A stretch of 64,000 nucleotides of DNA from Paracoccaceae bacterium (GCA_047638395.1 JBLIMV010000006.1:58683-122682), one strand, 5' to 3'; shown: positions 1 through 9,899, numbered from the stretch's first letter. Numbers and translations are program-made. Notes: generated by a model from the sequence alone, not told the origin.

Positions 1-262
1 CGGCGAAGGACTTGCCGTTCCCGCGAAAAATGTTTCGCGGCACCTGGTCCAGCAGAACGATCAGGGCCACCCAGCCACGCGCATCCGATTTCCAGTCTTC
101 AAGGTCGCCCGCGGCCGCGCGGTGATATTGATCGAGAAAACGCTCTTTTAGCTCACGGTCGATATCCGGCGTACTGGCGAACCAGAATTCCCGCACATCG
201 CCATGGCCCTCGCTCCCGGGTGCCCCAAACCAAAAATCATAAATCTCACGCCACTCGGCCAT
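1..262 (-). CDS. DUF924 family protein (runs off window start)
   Basis: Manual translation from ATG at 262: MAEWREIYDFWFG...EFWFASTPDIDRELKERF...ALIVLLDQVPRNIFRG; FWF and LDQxPRNxFRG motifs typical of DUF924. Confidence 0.85.
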   Translation of the reverse strand, partial: MAEWREIYDFWFGAPGSEGHGDVREFWFASTPDIDRELKERFLDQYHRAAAGDLEDWKSDARGWVALIVLLDQVPRNIFRGNGKSFA

Positions 263-292
263 TGCTTCTTCCTATTACAATTCGCGTTGGTT

Positions 293-1186
293 TTAAGGCC
301 TTACCGCCTTGTGCAACAAGCCGCCGATCACAATCATCCGGCAAATCGCCGGCGGGAAGATTTCAATCGTCTGCAATAATGTTTCGCGCGTCGCCGCATC
401 CGGCAGCACGGCACCGTGTTCCGGTCGATCCAGCTGCGCGAATATATCCTGTGCGATCTCATCCGCCAGAGCCGATATGCGGGCAACCTGTCCTTCGATC
501 ACGCCCTCTTTGGCCAGCGGTTCGAGCCAATCGGCGAGCGCCGTCAGCAATGCCGGCCATGCCGTAAAATGTCGGAACAGCGATGGGACAAGTCCGCGAT
601 CCTGACCAGTGGTGAGCCTGGCAAGCCGGTAGAGGCTATCCATCGTTGCCGGGGGCAAGCCATCAAGCGGCGCCATCGGAAGAAGTACCGAGAGTTCACC
701 CGGGGTCACCTCCCCCGTGATTTTAGTGCCTGTGGTTTTACTAACTGGGGCCCGCCACAATGCGGGCCGACCAGCCTCCAGCGCCATCGCGATAACACGA
801 AGACTAAGTGCATTCATCGGGTTCGCGCGATTATACGCGCTGAGCGTTTCGACAACCCGATTTCCCTCCTCTTCCGACAACCCGGCCTGATCGAAGGAAA
901 CACGGCTCGTTACCGACGTATCGCCGACCAACCCGAGGAGCCCAGATTGCTCGGCGAAAACCCCATTCTCAAAGGATGGACCAACCGTACTCCAGGCCCA
1001 TTCAAGAGCACCGGGGACGGTCGCCAGATGCCGGTACACCAGATTGACCAGCTTTACACCAAGGGCAGACTCGATCGCCGCGTAGACATTCTTAATATTG
1101 CCGGTCGCGTTCTCTGCCGCGATTTCATCGAGTACCGGTATGTTCTGAGGGGACGTAATGCGCGAATTCCTTCCAGTCCGAATCAA
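293..1186 (-). CDS. DehI/AhpD-like two-repeat helical protein (group I haloacid dehalogenase-like fold)
   Basis: 297-aa ORF with internal repeat: ATGNIKNVYAAIESALGVKLVNLVYRHLATVPGALEWAW and GLVPSLFRHFTAWPALL; start uncertain. Confidence 0.5.
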   Translation of the reverse strand: MIRTGRNSRITSPQNIPVLDEIAAENATGNIKNVYAAIESALGVKLVNLVYRHLATVPGALEWAWSTVGPSFENGVFAEQSGLLGLVGDTSVTSRVSFDQAGLSEEEGNRVVETLSAYNRANPMNALSLRVIAMALEAGRPALWRAPVSKTTGTKITGEVTPGELSVLLPMAPLDGLPPATMDSLYRLARLTTGQDRGLVPSLFRHFTAWPALLTALADWLEPLAKEGVIEGQVARISALADEIAQDIFAQLDRPEHGAVLPDAATRETLLQTIEIFPPAICRMIVIGGLLHKAVRP

Positions 1187-1206
1187 TGCCTTTTCAAGGC
1201 CGGTTT

Positions 1207-1232
1207 TTACATCTTCGTTAATAAAATCTTTA
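1207..1232. promoter_or_regulatory. Tandem degenerate CtrA-like boxes upstream of the FliL-domain gene
   Basis: TTAC-N7-TTAA-N7-TTTA (ttacatcttcgttaataaaatcttta); one mismatch per box. Confidence 0.4.
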
Positions 1233-1275
1233 AAGGCGACACGTTACTCTCCGCCGCAATTATTGGCTGTAACAG

Positions 1276-2040
1276 GTGTATACCGTCTTGGAGGGAAGTT
1301 TAACATTCGACGTGCTCGTCTTGTCAGGCAAATCGCAATGGACCAGCATTTCACGCTGGCCCAATGCAACGAGTGCCCAGAATGAGGCGCGCAAACTGGT
1401 CGCCACCAAAAAACACCTGGGCGTGAAAGTCTCGCAGGAAACCTTTGATCACGACGACAACCAGTTCAAGGAAAAGACGCTTTTCAAACACCTGAAAAGC
1501 GACAAGAAACCCAGCGCACAGGCATCAGAATCAGCAACAGGATCGGCGTCCGAATTCTCGGTCGCGGGGGATGACGAATTCGATGAATTCGATGAGTTCG
1601 ACGATTTTGATGATTACGACGACGGAACCGACTGGGTGGTCCCGGTCTTCGGGATATTCACCGCATTAGCTGTCATCGTCGGCATGGGGATTTTCTTTTT
1701 CGACGGTAAAATCGACGTCGGTAACAACGAAAAGTCGGAATACTTCGTCTTTGCCTTGCCCGCCGTCATAACCAACATATCAAGTGGCGGCGAGAATTTC
1801 TCAGTCAGAATCGATCTGCAACTGGAACTCGACGGGGCCCAGGATGCAAAAGCGGTCGAGTTGGCCCTCGCGCAGATTATGGAATCCGCAATTATTGAAA
1901 TTCAGGAGACCGACGCTGGCGACCTTCAAAGGAGTGAGAAACTGCAGTTACTCCGCGCCCAGCTCAAACAAAAAATACAGGACGCCATGGGGGAAACGAA
2001 CCTCAATGGCGTCCTGTTTAATAGTATTCAGGTGTTCTAG
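1276..2040 (+). CDS. FliL-domain membrane protein with extra N-terminal domain and acidic linker
   Basis: Single TM (WVVPVFGIFTALAVIVGMGIFFF) followed by FliL-like domain (LPAVITNI...VRIDLQLEL...LRAQLKQKI...GVLFNSIQVF). Confidence 0.7.
   Translation: MYTVLEGSLTFDVLVLSGKSQWTSISRWPNATSAQNEARKLVATKKHLGVKVSQETFDHDDNQFKEKTLFKHLKSDKKPSAQASESATGSASEFSVAGDDEFDEFDEFDDFDDYDDGTDWVVPVFGIFTALAVIVGMGIFFFDGKIDVGNNEKSEYFVFALPAVITNISSGGENFSVRIDLQLELDGAQDAKAVELALAQIMESAIIEIQETDAGDLQRSEKLQLLRAQLKQKIQDAMGETNLNGVLFNSIQVF
1570..1623 (+). repeat. Imperfect 9-bp coding tandem repeat (DEF/DDF/DDY)
   Basis: gacgaattc gatgaattc gatgagttc gacgatttt gatgattac encoding DDEFDEFDEFDDFDDYDD. Confidence 0.75.
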
Positions 2041-2049
2041 CGAAAAACC

Positions 2050-3048
2050 TTATTTCGCCGGGAACTTCACCGCCGAATTCAGGAACGTATTGCTGTACGC
2101 GCCTTTGATATCGAACGGCTTCTCCAGATTGAAATAGGTCTCGACCATCTTGTAGTCGCTGGCCATCCGGGTGTCGTCAAAATGCCCGAGCGCGACCGTG
2201 CGTGATGTCGCATCGTTCATCAGTTCGGTAACGAGGTTCCAGTTTTTCATCGAAGATGCCGTCTTCAGGCCGGAGTTCGCGGCAACCAGTGCATCAATGC
2301 ACGGCACCGGCGTTCTGACACAATCGGCATAGGCCTGCTGCGTGATCTTCACGAACTTGCCGACCGTTTCCCCGTTTGCCGCCAGGTATTTGCCGTTGGC
2401 GATAATCGAGTTGCCATAGGGATTGATGCCGTGATCGCGCCACGGCAGGAAGCCCATATCGTCACCCAGCACCTTCTGGAAGATGAAGTGGATGTTGTAG
2501 AACGAAGTGGTGACATCGATATTCTTCGATTTCAGCGCCGCGATCTTGGCATTCGGCGCAATATTGACCCAGCGAACCGATTTCGGATCGACACCGGTTG
2601 CAGCCGCGAGGGCCGGCCACATCTTCCGCGCCGCATCCCATGCCGGGTTGCCGATTTTCCTGCCGGCAAAATCCTTGATGCTTTTGATACCCGAGCTTTT
2701 CAGCCAGTACATGCCATAGGGTGAATTGGCGTAGATATTCATGACCCCGACCAGGTCGGCGCCCTTACCTTTCGTCACAAGCGCTGTGCCGAGATCGGCG
2801 ATACCAAGCTGATTTTTGCCGATACCAACGCGCTGGGATGAAAGAGTGGAGCCCTTGCCCTGCTCGATCGTCAGATCGATGCCGGCCTTTTCGTATAGGC
2901 CACGCGCTTTTGCCCAGTAGACCGGCGCATGGTCGCCGCCGGCGACCCAGTTGAGAATAAAGTTTATCTTTTCCGCGCTCTGGGCGGGTACCGCTGCAAA
3001 TGCAACTGACGCCGCCGCAACGGACGCGAGCAGGTGTTTCCTAATCAT
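2050..3048 (-). CDS. ABC transporter substrate-binding protein, NMT1/THI5/SsuA family
   Basis: Signal peptide; LNWVAGGDHAPVYWAKARGLYEKAGIDLTIEQGKGS motif; divergent from its permease and ATPase. Confidence 0.9.
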   Translation of the reverse strand: MIRKHLLASVAAASVAFAAVPAQSAEKINFILNWVAGGDHAPVYWAKARGLYEKAGIDLTIEQGKGSTLSSQRVGIGKNQLGIADLGTALVTKGKGADLVGVMNIYANSPYGMYWLKSSGIKSIKDFAGRKIGNPAWDAARKMWPALAAATGVDPKSVRWVNIAPNAKIAALKSKNIDVTTSFYNIHFIFQKVLGDDMGFLPWRDHGINPYGNSIIANGKYLAANGETVGKFVKITQQAYADCVRTPVPCIDALVAANSGLKTASSMKNWNLVTELMNDATSRTVALGHFDDTRMASDYKMVETYFNLEKPFDIKGAYSNTFLNSAVKFPAK

Positions 3049-3157
3049 CGATGTTCTCCCCTATTCGATTGAATTTTTAACAATGGATTCTAATGCGGGA
3101 GCTCGGCTCTCAGCCGTTTCTATTGGTTTTATGCCTCTTGCCGCCGCGCCACGCCTA

Positions 3158-3211
3158 GCGTAAGTAACTATACAGTTATTTCAGGCTAGGACTCGGCATC
3201 CGGCCTGTCAA
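3158..3211 (-). promoter_or_regulatory. Sigma70-type promoter with downstream palindromic operator (copy 1)
   Basis: Minus strand TTGACA (3211-3206), 17 bp, TAGCCT (3188-3183); palindrome TAACT-ATAC-AGTTA at 3165-3178; near-identical to 5944-5997. Confidence 0.8.
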
Positions 3212-3278
3212 TAAATCTTCTCGCGGCGCACGGCCTGTCGGCCTCGCTCGGCGAGGCGGAACACCCGATGGGGGTCAG

Positions 3279-4040
3279 ATGGCGATACTGAATTTCTTCC
3301 GGCGATACTGGATTGCTGCGGCCGCGCATCTCGCGGTAATCGTCGCCTGGCAGTTATTCGTGCAGCTGGGCGAAATTGAGTCCTACATTATGCCATCGCC
3401 GCTCGCGACGATTATGACGCTGCGCGACGACAACGCCTGGGTCCACAATACGCTTTTTACCGCCGGAGAAATTTTCGGTGGGTATTTCTGCGCCGTGGTT
3501 TTCGGCGTCGGCATGGCACTTCTTTTCTCCTGGTCGAAGCTATTGGACTCGGCCCTGATGCCGCTTCTGATCAGCCTGAACATGATTCCAAAAGTAGCAC
3601 TCGGCCCAATCTTCATCGTCTGGTTCTCCTATGGCATGGGCTCGAACATTCTGATGGCCTTCGCGATCAGCTTTCTGCCGATCCTGATCACAACCTCGCG
3701 CGGCCTGCAGGAAGTCGAGCCGGACCTGATCGACCTCGTGCGCGTGCTCCGGGCCTCGCGCTGGCAGGTATTCACCAAGATCCAGCTGCCCGGTTCCCTG
3801 CCTTTCATATTTTCGGGCATGAAAGTCGCTGTCGTTCTCGCCGTTGCAGGCGCGATCGTCGGCGAGTTCATCGCATCCGAAGAAGGGCTCGGGTATCTGA
3901 TGATGCAGCGCCAGGTCGAACTCGACACCGCGTCCATGTTCATGGCCGTTCTGCTAATTACAATGATCGGGTCTATCCTGTACGGGCTTGTCATATCGCT
4001 GGAGAAAATAATGGTGCCCCGGGACGCGCGGCTCGGATGA
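3279..4040 (+). CDS. ABC transporter permease (SsuC/TauC type)
   Basis: Hydrophobic; EAA-like loop DLVRVLRASRWQVFTKIQLPGSLP; GAIVGEF..GLGY. Confidence 0.93.
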   Translation: MAILNFFRRYWIAAAAHLAVIVAWQLFVQLGEIESYIMPSPLATIMTLRDDNAWVHNTLFTAGEIFGGYFCAVVFGVGMALLFSWSKLLDSALMPLLISLNMIPKVALGPIFIVWFSYGMGSNILMAFAISFLPILITTSRGLQEVEPDLIDLVRVLRASRWQVFTKIQLPGSLPFIFSGMKVAVVLAVAGAIVGEFIASEEGLGYLMMQRQVELDTASMFMAVLLITMIGSILYGLVISLEKIMVPRDARLG

Positions 4041-4050
4041 GGTACGACCG

Positions 4051-4818
4051 ATGAACGACCCATTTATCCGCCTCTCCGGCGTCCGCAAGGAATTCGAGAC
4101 CCGCGGCGAAACGTTTCTCGCGGTCTCCGACGTCACCTTCGATGTGACGGAAGGAGAGCTCGTCGCCCTCGTCGGGCCGTCAGGCTGCGGCAAGACCACC
4201 GTCCTGAAAATGATCGCCGGCCTGCACGACCATTCCGGCGGCGAGATGCTGATCGGCGGCACGGACGGTGCGGGCTTTAGCGCCGACAAGGATATCGGCA
4301 TGGTGTTTCAGCAACCCCTGCTGTTGAAATGGCGCAAGGTGCTGGAGAACGTTTTGTTGCCGGCCGAAATTCTCGGCCTCCCCATGCGCGAAGCACGCGA
4401 CCGGGCCAAGGATCTGCTGGCACTAGTGGGACTAACCGGTTTCGAGGGCAGCTATCCGTATGAGCTATCCGGCGGGATGCAGCAGCGCGCCGCCATCGCC
4501 CGGTCACTGGTACATGACCCGAAGGTCGTGCTGATGGACGAGCCCTTCGGCGCGCTCGACGCGCTGACGCGCGAAAGCATGAATATCGAATTGCTGCGCA
4601 TCTGGTCGGAGAGCAAAAAGACAATCCTGTTCGTCACCCACGGCATTCAGGAAGCCGTGTTTCTCGGCAGCCGGGTGATCGTTCTGACGTCGAGCCCGGC
4701 GCGTATGGCCGGTGATATCTCTGTCGAGCTACCTTATCCGCGGAAGCTGGAGATCAAAACACACGAGGATTTTGGCGCCTATACGCGCCAGATTTATGGC
4801 CTCCTCGGCATGGCCTGA
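4051..4818 (+). CDS. ABC transporter ATP-binding protein (SsuB/TauB type)
   Basis: Walker A GPSGCGKT, signature LSGGMQQR, Walker B LMDEPFGALD, H-loop VTH. Confidence 0.95.
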   Translation: MNDPFIRLSGVRKEFETRGETFLAVSDVTFDVTEGELVALVGPSGCGKTTVLKMIAGLHDHSGGEMLIGGTDGAGFSADKDIGMVFQQPLLLKWRKVLENVLLPAEILGLPMREARDRAKDLLALVGLTGFEGSYPYELSGGMQQRAAIARSLVHDPKVVLMDEPFGALDALTRESMNIELLRIWSESKKTILFVTHGIQEAVFLGSRVIVLTSSPARMAGDISVELPYPRKLEIKTHEDFGAYTRQIYGLLGMA

Positions 4819-4820
4819 CA

Positions 4821-4866
<46 letters not shown>

Positions 4867-4886
4867 AACCCCACAGCCGGCCGGTC

Positions 4887-5912
4887 TTACGCGACGGCAG
4901 CGCTTTCCCGACCCAGATACAGATCCCGCCCTGCGTTCAGCACGCCGATCTTGCGGTCCGCGATATAGCGTTTGTGATTCCACAAACCGCAATCGGGATG
5001 GATATAGGTCACGCGGCCTTCGCCCATGATGCTTTCGGCCCGCTCGATCAGGCGGGCAATATCGTCGGGCGATTCCGTCATCGTGCGTTTTACATCGACC
5101 ACGCCGAGCCCCATGCCGATTTCCGGGCGAAGTTCCTTAAACGCGACCAGATCCTCGGCCGGGCGATGCGCACATTCCATCACAATATGATCGACATGCA
5201 GCGCGTTCAGATAGTCCATCAGGCGCCCCCAGGAGCCATCCTGCGGCTGCTGGCCGGCATAGTTGCCAAAGCACAGATGCACGGCCGGAATACCCGGCAC
5301 GGCATCAAGCACCTTGTTCATGGCAGACGCCGCCCATTCCCATTCCTCGGGATTGCCCGGCAGGTTCGCTTCATCGATCTGTACGATATCCGCATCCAGA
5401 CGTGCGACCTGTTCGGCAAGCACATCCGCAATAGCATCGGTCACCGCTTCGATATTGCCGTAATGATGATCGACCAGCGTTTTCGCCAGCATGTGCGGAC
5501 CGGTCAGCGCGAACTTGAACGGTTTCTGCGCCAGTGCCTTTGCGCGGCGGCAGGGAAACGCAAGGTTCATGGTGCCGCTGCTGATTGCGCTTTCAACGAC
5601 GCCGGCCGGCAAACGACGCCACCCCATGTTCATGTCCGATTCGAACTGGCGGATGAGATCGAAGGTCAGCGCTGAGCGGATGCCCTCCATCGGTCCCGTG
5701 AAATATTCGATCATGCCGTTGGTTTCGGGATGGCTGAGATCGTAGCGATAGACCTCTCCATCGCAGACGACATCGAGCCCAGCGGTTTCCTGCGTGTGCA
5801 GGATCACGCGGGTGGCATCGGTGATGTCCTGCTCCGACGGGCTGTTGCCGAGCCAGGCCGGCACCGGGTAGGAGCCAACAGTGGTGGTCTTGATGCGGGG
5901 CGCTGTATCCAT
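4887..5912 (-). CDS. Cobalamin-independent methionine synthase II-like (core MetE C-terminal domain only) Zn thiol-methyl/alkyltransferase
   Basis: TTTVGSYP, DGE, TGPHMLA, QIDE, Zn ligands HLC...E...HPDCGL; ~340 aa, no N-terminal folate-binding barrel. Confidence 0.85.
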   Translation of the reverse strand: MDTAPRIKTTTVGSYPVPAWLGNSPSEQDITDATRVILHTQETAGLDVVCDGEVYRYDLSHPETNGMIEYFTGPMEGIRSALTFDLIRQFESDMNMGWRRLPAGVVESAISSGTMNLAFPCRRAKALAQKPFKFALTGPHMLAKTLVDHHYGNIEAVTDAIADVLAEQVARLDADIVQIDEANLPGNPEEWEWAASAMNKVLDAVPGIPAVHLCFGNYAGQQPQDGSWGRLMDYLNALHVDHIVMECAHRPAEDLVAFKELRPEIGMGLGVVDVKRTMTESPDDIARLIERAESIMGEGRVTYIHPDCGLWNHKRYIADRKIGVLNAGRDLYLGRESAAVA

Positions 5913-5943
5913 GATCATAATCCTTGCCGAAATGCCGATCCGG

Positions 5944-5997
5944 GCGTAAGTAACTAAATAGTTATTTCAGGCTAGGGGTCAGGCAATCGCCTGTCAA
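5944..5997 (-). promoter_or_regulatory. Sigma70-type promoter with palindromic operator (copy 2), likely TetR site
   Basis: Minus strand TTGACA (5997-5992), 17 bp, TAGCCT (5974-5969); palindrome TAACTA-AA-TAGTTA at 5951-5964, in the divergent region next to tetR. Confidence 0.8.
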
Positions 5998-6042
5998 CCA
6001 GAAGCCGGTCTCGCATTCGCGCGACCAGGAGAAACACGAAAA

Positions 6043-6741
6043 ATGCCGACGAAGATCGACAGCACACCGACAAAAGAACCGACGCGCCGCGATCCTGACG
6101 CATCGCGTCAGCGGATACTTGCCGCCGCGACCGAAGTGTTCTCGGAACAGGGGCTGGACGGTGCCAGGGTCGATGAAATCGCCGATCGTTCCGGCATCAA
6201 CAAAAGGATGCTGTATCATTATTTCGGCAACAAGGACGAGTTGTTCGGCGCCGTTCTGGAAGAATTATATGAAACCATCTGCCGGGAAAGCGCCACGCTG
6301 GACCTCGACGCCGGTTCGCCGCCGGAGGCGATACACCGACTGGTGGATTTCGCGCTGAATTTCTATCTCGACAACCCGCATGCGATGACGCTGCTGAACA
6401 ACGAGAACCTTCACAAAGCACGACACCTCAAATCATCGGGGCGCGTGCGGGCAATTCATGTACCGTTTGAAAACATGATCAGCGCCCTGCTCGACCGCGG
6501 CGTCGCCAGCGGCGATTTTCAAAGCGGGCTCAATGCCGCGCGGCTCTACATCACGATTGTCGGCCTCACCTACTACTACCTGTCCAACGGGCACACCCTG
6601 TCGCTCGTCTACGACCGCAATCTATACGACCGAGAAGAATTGCGTGCCTGGCGGGAGCATATGCACGACGTGATCATTCGTTTCGTCTCCGCTGATAAAC
6701 CGGCGGAAAACAACAAAATAGGGAATCTTTCACATGACTGA
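6043..6741 (+). CDS. TetR/AcrR family transcriptional regulator
   Basis: RQRILAAATEVFSEQGLDGARVDEIADRSGINKRMLYHYFGNKDELF HTH. Confidence 0.95.
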   Translation: MPTKIDSTPTKEPTRRDPDASRQRILAAATEVFSEQGLDGARVDEIADRSGINKRMLYHYFGNKDELFGAVLEELYETICRESATLDLDAGSPPEAIHRLVDFALNFYLDNPHAMTLLNNENLHKARHLKSSGRVRAIHVPFENMISALLDRGVASGDFQSGLNAARLYITIVGLTYYYLSNGHTLSLVYDRNLYDREELRAWREHMHDVIIRFVSADKPAENNKIGNLSHD

Positions 6742-7885
6742 ACATCGCCTCGGAATCATCATGAACGGTGTGACAGGCCGCATGGGAACCAATCAGCATC
6801 TGATCCGTTCGGTTCTCGCTATTATGAAAGAAGGCGGGGTAAAGCTGCAGAACGGCGACACCGTCATGCCCGACCCAATCCTGGTCGGGCGCAACGCCGC
6901 AAAGGTCGAAGCGCTTGCGAAGGAACATGACGTCGAACGCTGGACAACCGACCTGGATGCAGCGATTGCCGACCCCAAAGACACCCTGTTTTTCGATGCG
7001 GCCAGCACCAACCTGCGCGCCGGCCTTCTGCGCCAGGCAATCGACGCCGGCAAAGACATCTATTGTGAAAAGCCGTCGGCGGCGACCCTCGATGACGCGA
7101 TAGAGCTGTACCATCGCGCCGAGAAGGCCGGCATCAAGCATGGCGTGGTCCAGGACAAGATTTTCCTGCCCGGTCTGCAGAAAATGAAGAAACTTATGGA
7201 TGACGGCTTCTTCGGCCGGCTTCTGTCGGTCAAGATCGATTTCGGCTACTGGGTGTTCGAAGGCGACTGGAAAGAAGCCCAGCGACCGAGCTGGAATTAC
7301 CGCAAGGAAGACGGTGGCGGGATCATCCTCGATATGATGCCGCACTGGCGCTATGTCCTCGACAACACGTTCGGCAACGTCAAAAGCGTGACCTGTATGG
7401 GTCGGGTCAATATCGACAAGCGTTGGGACGAAAACAACGAACCGTATGACGCTGACGCGGACGATGCATCATACGCACTGGTAGAACTCGAAGGCGGGGC
7501 GGTCGTCAATATTTTTGCGTCGTGGTGCACACGTGTTCGCAAGGACGACCTCGTCACATTCCATGCCGACGGCACCCATGGTGCAGCCGTTGCAGGTCTG
7601 ACGAAATGTCATATTCAAGACCGTCCCGGCACGCCGTCGCCCGTCTGGAATCCGGACGAGCCGCAGAAGACGGATTTCTTCGACACGTGGACCGAATACG
7701 GCGCAGATATGGAATTCGACAACGGCTTCAAGGCCGAATGGGAAATGTTTATCCGGCATCTCCACGAAGACGCGCCGTTTTCCTGGAACCTGCGCGAAGG
7801 CGCAAAGGGTCTGCAGCTTGCCGAAGCCGCCATGCAGAGCTGGCAGGAACGCCGCTGGATCGATATCGACGAAATCGCGGAGTAA
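6734..7885 (+). CDS. Gfo/Idh/MocA family oxidoreductase
   Basis: Rossmann start IIMNGVTGRMG, IYCEKP, GGGIILDMMPH. Confidence 0.92.
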   Translation: MTEHRLGIIMNGVTGRMGTNQHLIRSVLAIMKEGGVKLQNGDTVMPDPILVGRNAAKVEALAKEHDVERWTTDLDAAIADPKDTLFFDAASTNLRAGLLRQAIDAGKDIYCEKPSAATLDDAIELYHRAEKAGIKHGVVQDKIFLPGLQKMKKLMDDGFFGRLLSVKIDFGYWVFEGDWKEAQRPSWNYRKEDGGGIILDMMPHWRYVLDNTFGNVKSVTCMGRVNIDKRWDENNEPYDADADDASYALVELEGGAVVNIFASWCTRVRKDDLVTFHADGTHGAAVAGLTKCHIQDRPGTPSPVWNPDEPQKTDFFDTWTEYGADMEFDNGFKAEWEMFIRHLHEDAPFSWNLREGAKGLQLAEAAMQSWQERRWIDIDEIAE

Positions 7886-7890
7886 GCACG

Positions 7891-9057
7891 ATGGCGACAC
7901 TTACCCTGCCGCGCGCCGATGGCGGGCTGGAAAACTTTACAACCGGCGCACCACGCGACTTTCCGGAAACCGCAGACCGCCCGTTCAACCGGGTCGCCTA
8001 CGCAGCGGCCCATGTTGTACCTAACGCGTCGGCTGACAACGACCCTTGGATCGATACCGATGTCGACTGGGACCGCACGATCGCGTTCCGCACACATTTG
8101 TGGAAACTCGGCCTCGGCGTTGCGGAAGCGATGGACACGGCACAGCGCGGCATGGGCATGGACTGGCCGACATCGCTGGAGCTGATCCGCCGCAGCGTGG
8201 ACGCATCGCAGGATGTGCCCGGCGCGGTTGTCGCCTCGGGCGCCGGGACCGACCACCTTGCCGCATCGCCCGATTTGTCGATCGACGACGTCATTGCGGC
8301 ATATGAAGAACAATGCGCCGCGGTCGAAGCCTGTGGCGGGCGTATTATCCTGATGGCGAGCCGCGCGCTTGCCGCCTGTGCCAAATCGCCGGACGATTAC
8401 GGCAAGGTCTATGACCGCATCCTCGGCAATGTGAAAGAACCGGTGGTCGTGCACTGGTTGGGCGAGATGTTCGATCCTGCGCTCGAAGGGTATTGGGGCC
8501 ACGCTGATCATTACGAAGCAATGGATGTGTGTCTCGATGTGTTGAAGCGGAACGCCGACAAGGTTGACGGCATAAAGATTTCCCTGCTCGACAAGGACAA
8601 GGAAATCCGGCTGCGGCGCGGCCTGCCCGACGGCATACGCATGTATACCGGCGACGATTTCAATTATGCGGAGCTGATCGCCGGCGACGACGAAGGCTAT
8701 TCTGACGCCCTGCTGGGCATTTTCGACGCCATCGCCCCCGCCGCGTCGGCGGCGCTCGCCGCGCTTGCCGGAAACCGGCCGCAGGAATTCCACGATATCT
8801 TCGCGCCGACCGTTCCACTGTCCCGTCACATCTTCAAAGCGCCGACCCGGTTCTACAAAACCGGCGTCGTCTTTATGGCCTACCTCAACGCCCATCAGGA
8901 CCATTTTGTGATGGTCGGGGGACAACAGAGCACACGGTCGATCGTCCACCTCGCCGAGATATTCAGATTGGCGGACGCGGCAGGCCTGCTCAAAAACCCC
9001 GAAGATGCAGCCGCCCGGATGCGCCGGATGATGGCCGTCCACGGCATAGGAATCTGA
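7891..9057 (+). CDS. DUF993 / DHDPS-like TIM-barrel protein
   Basis: Start MATLTLP at 7891; RVAYAAAHVV, LGVAEAMDTAQRGMG, HWLGEMFDP, GIKISLLD, YTGDDFNY. Confidence 0.88.
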   Translation: MATLTLPRADGGLENFTTGAPRDFPETADRPFNRVAYAAAHVVPNASADNDPWIDTDVDWDRTIAFRTHLWKLGLGVAEAMDTAQRGMGMDWPTSLELIRRSVDASQDVPGAVVASGAGTDHLAASPDLSIDDVIAAYEEQCAAVEACGGRIILMASRALAACAKSPDDYGKVYDRILGNVKEPVVVHWLGEMFDPALEGYWGHADHYEAMDVCLDVLKRNADKVDGIKISLLDKDKEIRLRRGLPDGIRMYTGDDFNYAELIAGDDEGYSDALLGIFDAIAPAASAALAALAGNRPQEFHDIFAPTVPLSRHIFKAPTRFYKTGVVFMAYLNAHQDHFVMVGGQQSTRSIVHLAEIFRLADAAGLLKNPEDAAARMRRMMAVHGIGI

Positions 9058-9060
9058 CAG

Positions 9061-9888
9061 ATGGCGGCTCCCGATCTCAAAAAACTCGCCGTCAATCAGG
9101 CGACCACAATGAAGCAATGGACCCTTCGCGAAGCGATAGAGGGCTATGCCGCAAAAGATATCCGCGGCATTTCGGTGTGGCGCGACAAACTTGCCGAATG
9201 CGGGGTCGATGAAGCGGCAAGAATTCTGAAAGACAACGGCATGACCGTCACCGGCGTGTGCCGGGGCGGTATGTTTCCCGCCAATGACGATGCAGGACGC
9301 CAGGCAGCCCTGGACGACAACCGCCGCGCCGCCGACGAAGCCGCCGCCATCGGTGCGCAATGCCTTGTCATGGTCTGTGGCGGGCTGCCAGACGGATCGA
9401 AAGACATGATCGACGCCCGCAAGCAGGTTGCCGACGGTCTGGCCGCCATGCTGCCCCACGCCCGCGACGCTGGCGTGCCTGTGGCCATCGAGCCCCTGCA
9501 CCCCATGACCGCGGCCGACCGCGCCTGCGTAAACACCCTGGAACACGCGCTCGACCTCTGTGACGCGCTGGGCGACGGCATGGGGGTCGCAGTCGATTGT
9601 TATCACGTCTGGTGGGATCCCAAGCTCGAAGAACAGATCACCCGCGCCGGCAGCCGAATTCTCGGGTTTCACGTGTGCGACTGGCTGGTCCCGACCGTCG
9701 ACCTGGTCTGGGATCGCGGCATGATGGGTGACGGCGTGATCGATATTCCCCGCATTCGTGGCTGGGTTGAAGATGCGGGGTATCGCGGCTTCAACGAAGT
9801 TGAGATATTCTCCGAACGGAACTGGTGGCGGCGCGACCCGGTCGAGGTCGTCGACACCTGCATCGAACGTTATCAACACTTCGTATAG
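9061..9888 (+). CDS. Sugar phosphate isomerase/epimerase (xylose isomerase-like TIM barrel)
   Basis: AIEPLHPM, VAVDCYH, FHVCDW, RGMMGDGVID, EVEIFS metal motifs. Confidence 0.9.
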   Translation: MAAPDLKKLAVNQATTMKQWTLREAIEGYAAKDIRGISVWRDKLAECGVDEAARILKDNGMTVTGVCRGGMFPANDDAGRQAALDDNRRAADEAAAIGAQCLVMVCGGLPDGSKDMIDARKQVADGLAAMLPHARDAGVPVAIEPLHPMTAADRACVNTLEHALDLCDALGDGMGVAVDCYHVWWDPKLEEQITRAGSRILGFHVCDWLVPTVDLVWDRGMMGDGVIDIPRIRGWVEDAGYRGFNEVEIFSERNWWRRDPVEVVDTCIERYQHFV

Positions 9889-9899
9889 GGGAGCTATCA

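Noticed and set aside
416-1303. 295-aa plus-strand ORF and other long antisense ORFs (14917-15918, 28111-29202, 44140-45054, 61476-62576)
   Set aside because: Each mirrors a gene with clearer family motifs on the opposite strand.
4887-5912. Truncated metE pseudogene
   Set aside because: Intact ORF with its own promoter and all Zn ligands; single-domain MetE-like families are well known.
7522-7890. N-terminal extensions in the ORF track (DUF993 from 7522, GT4 from 27364, LVIVD from 9825)
   Set aside because: They overlap upstream genes; downstream ATGs with RBS or coupling fit the family starts.
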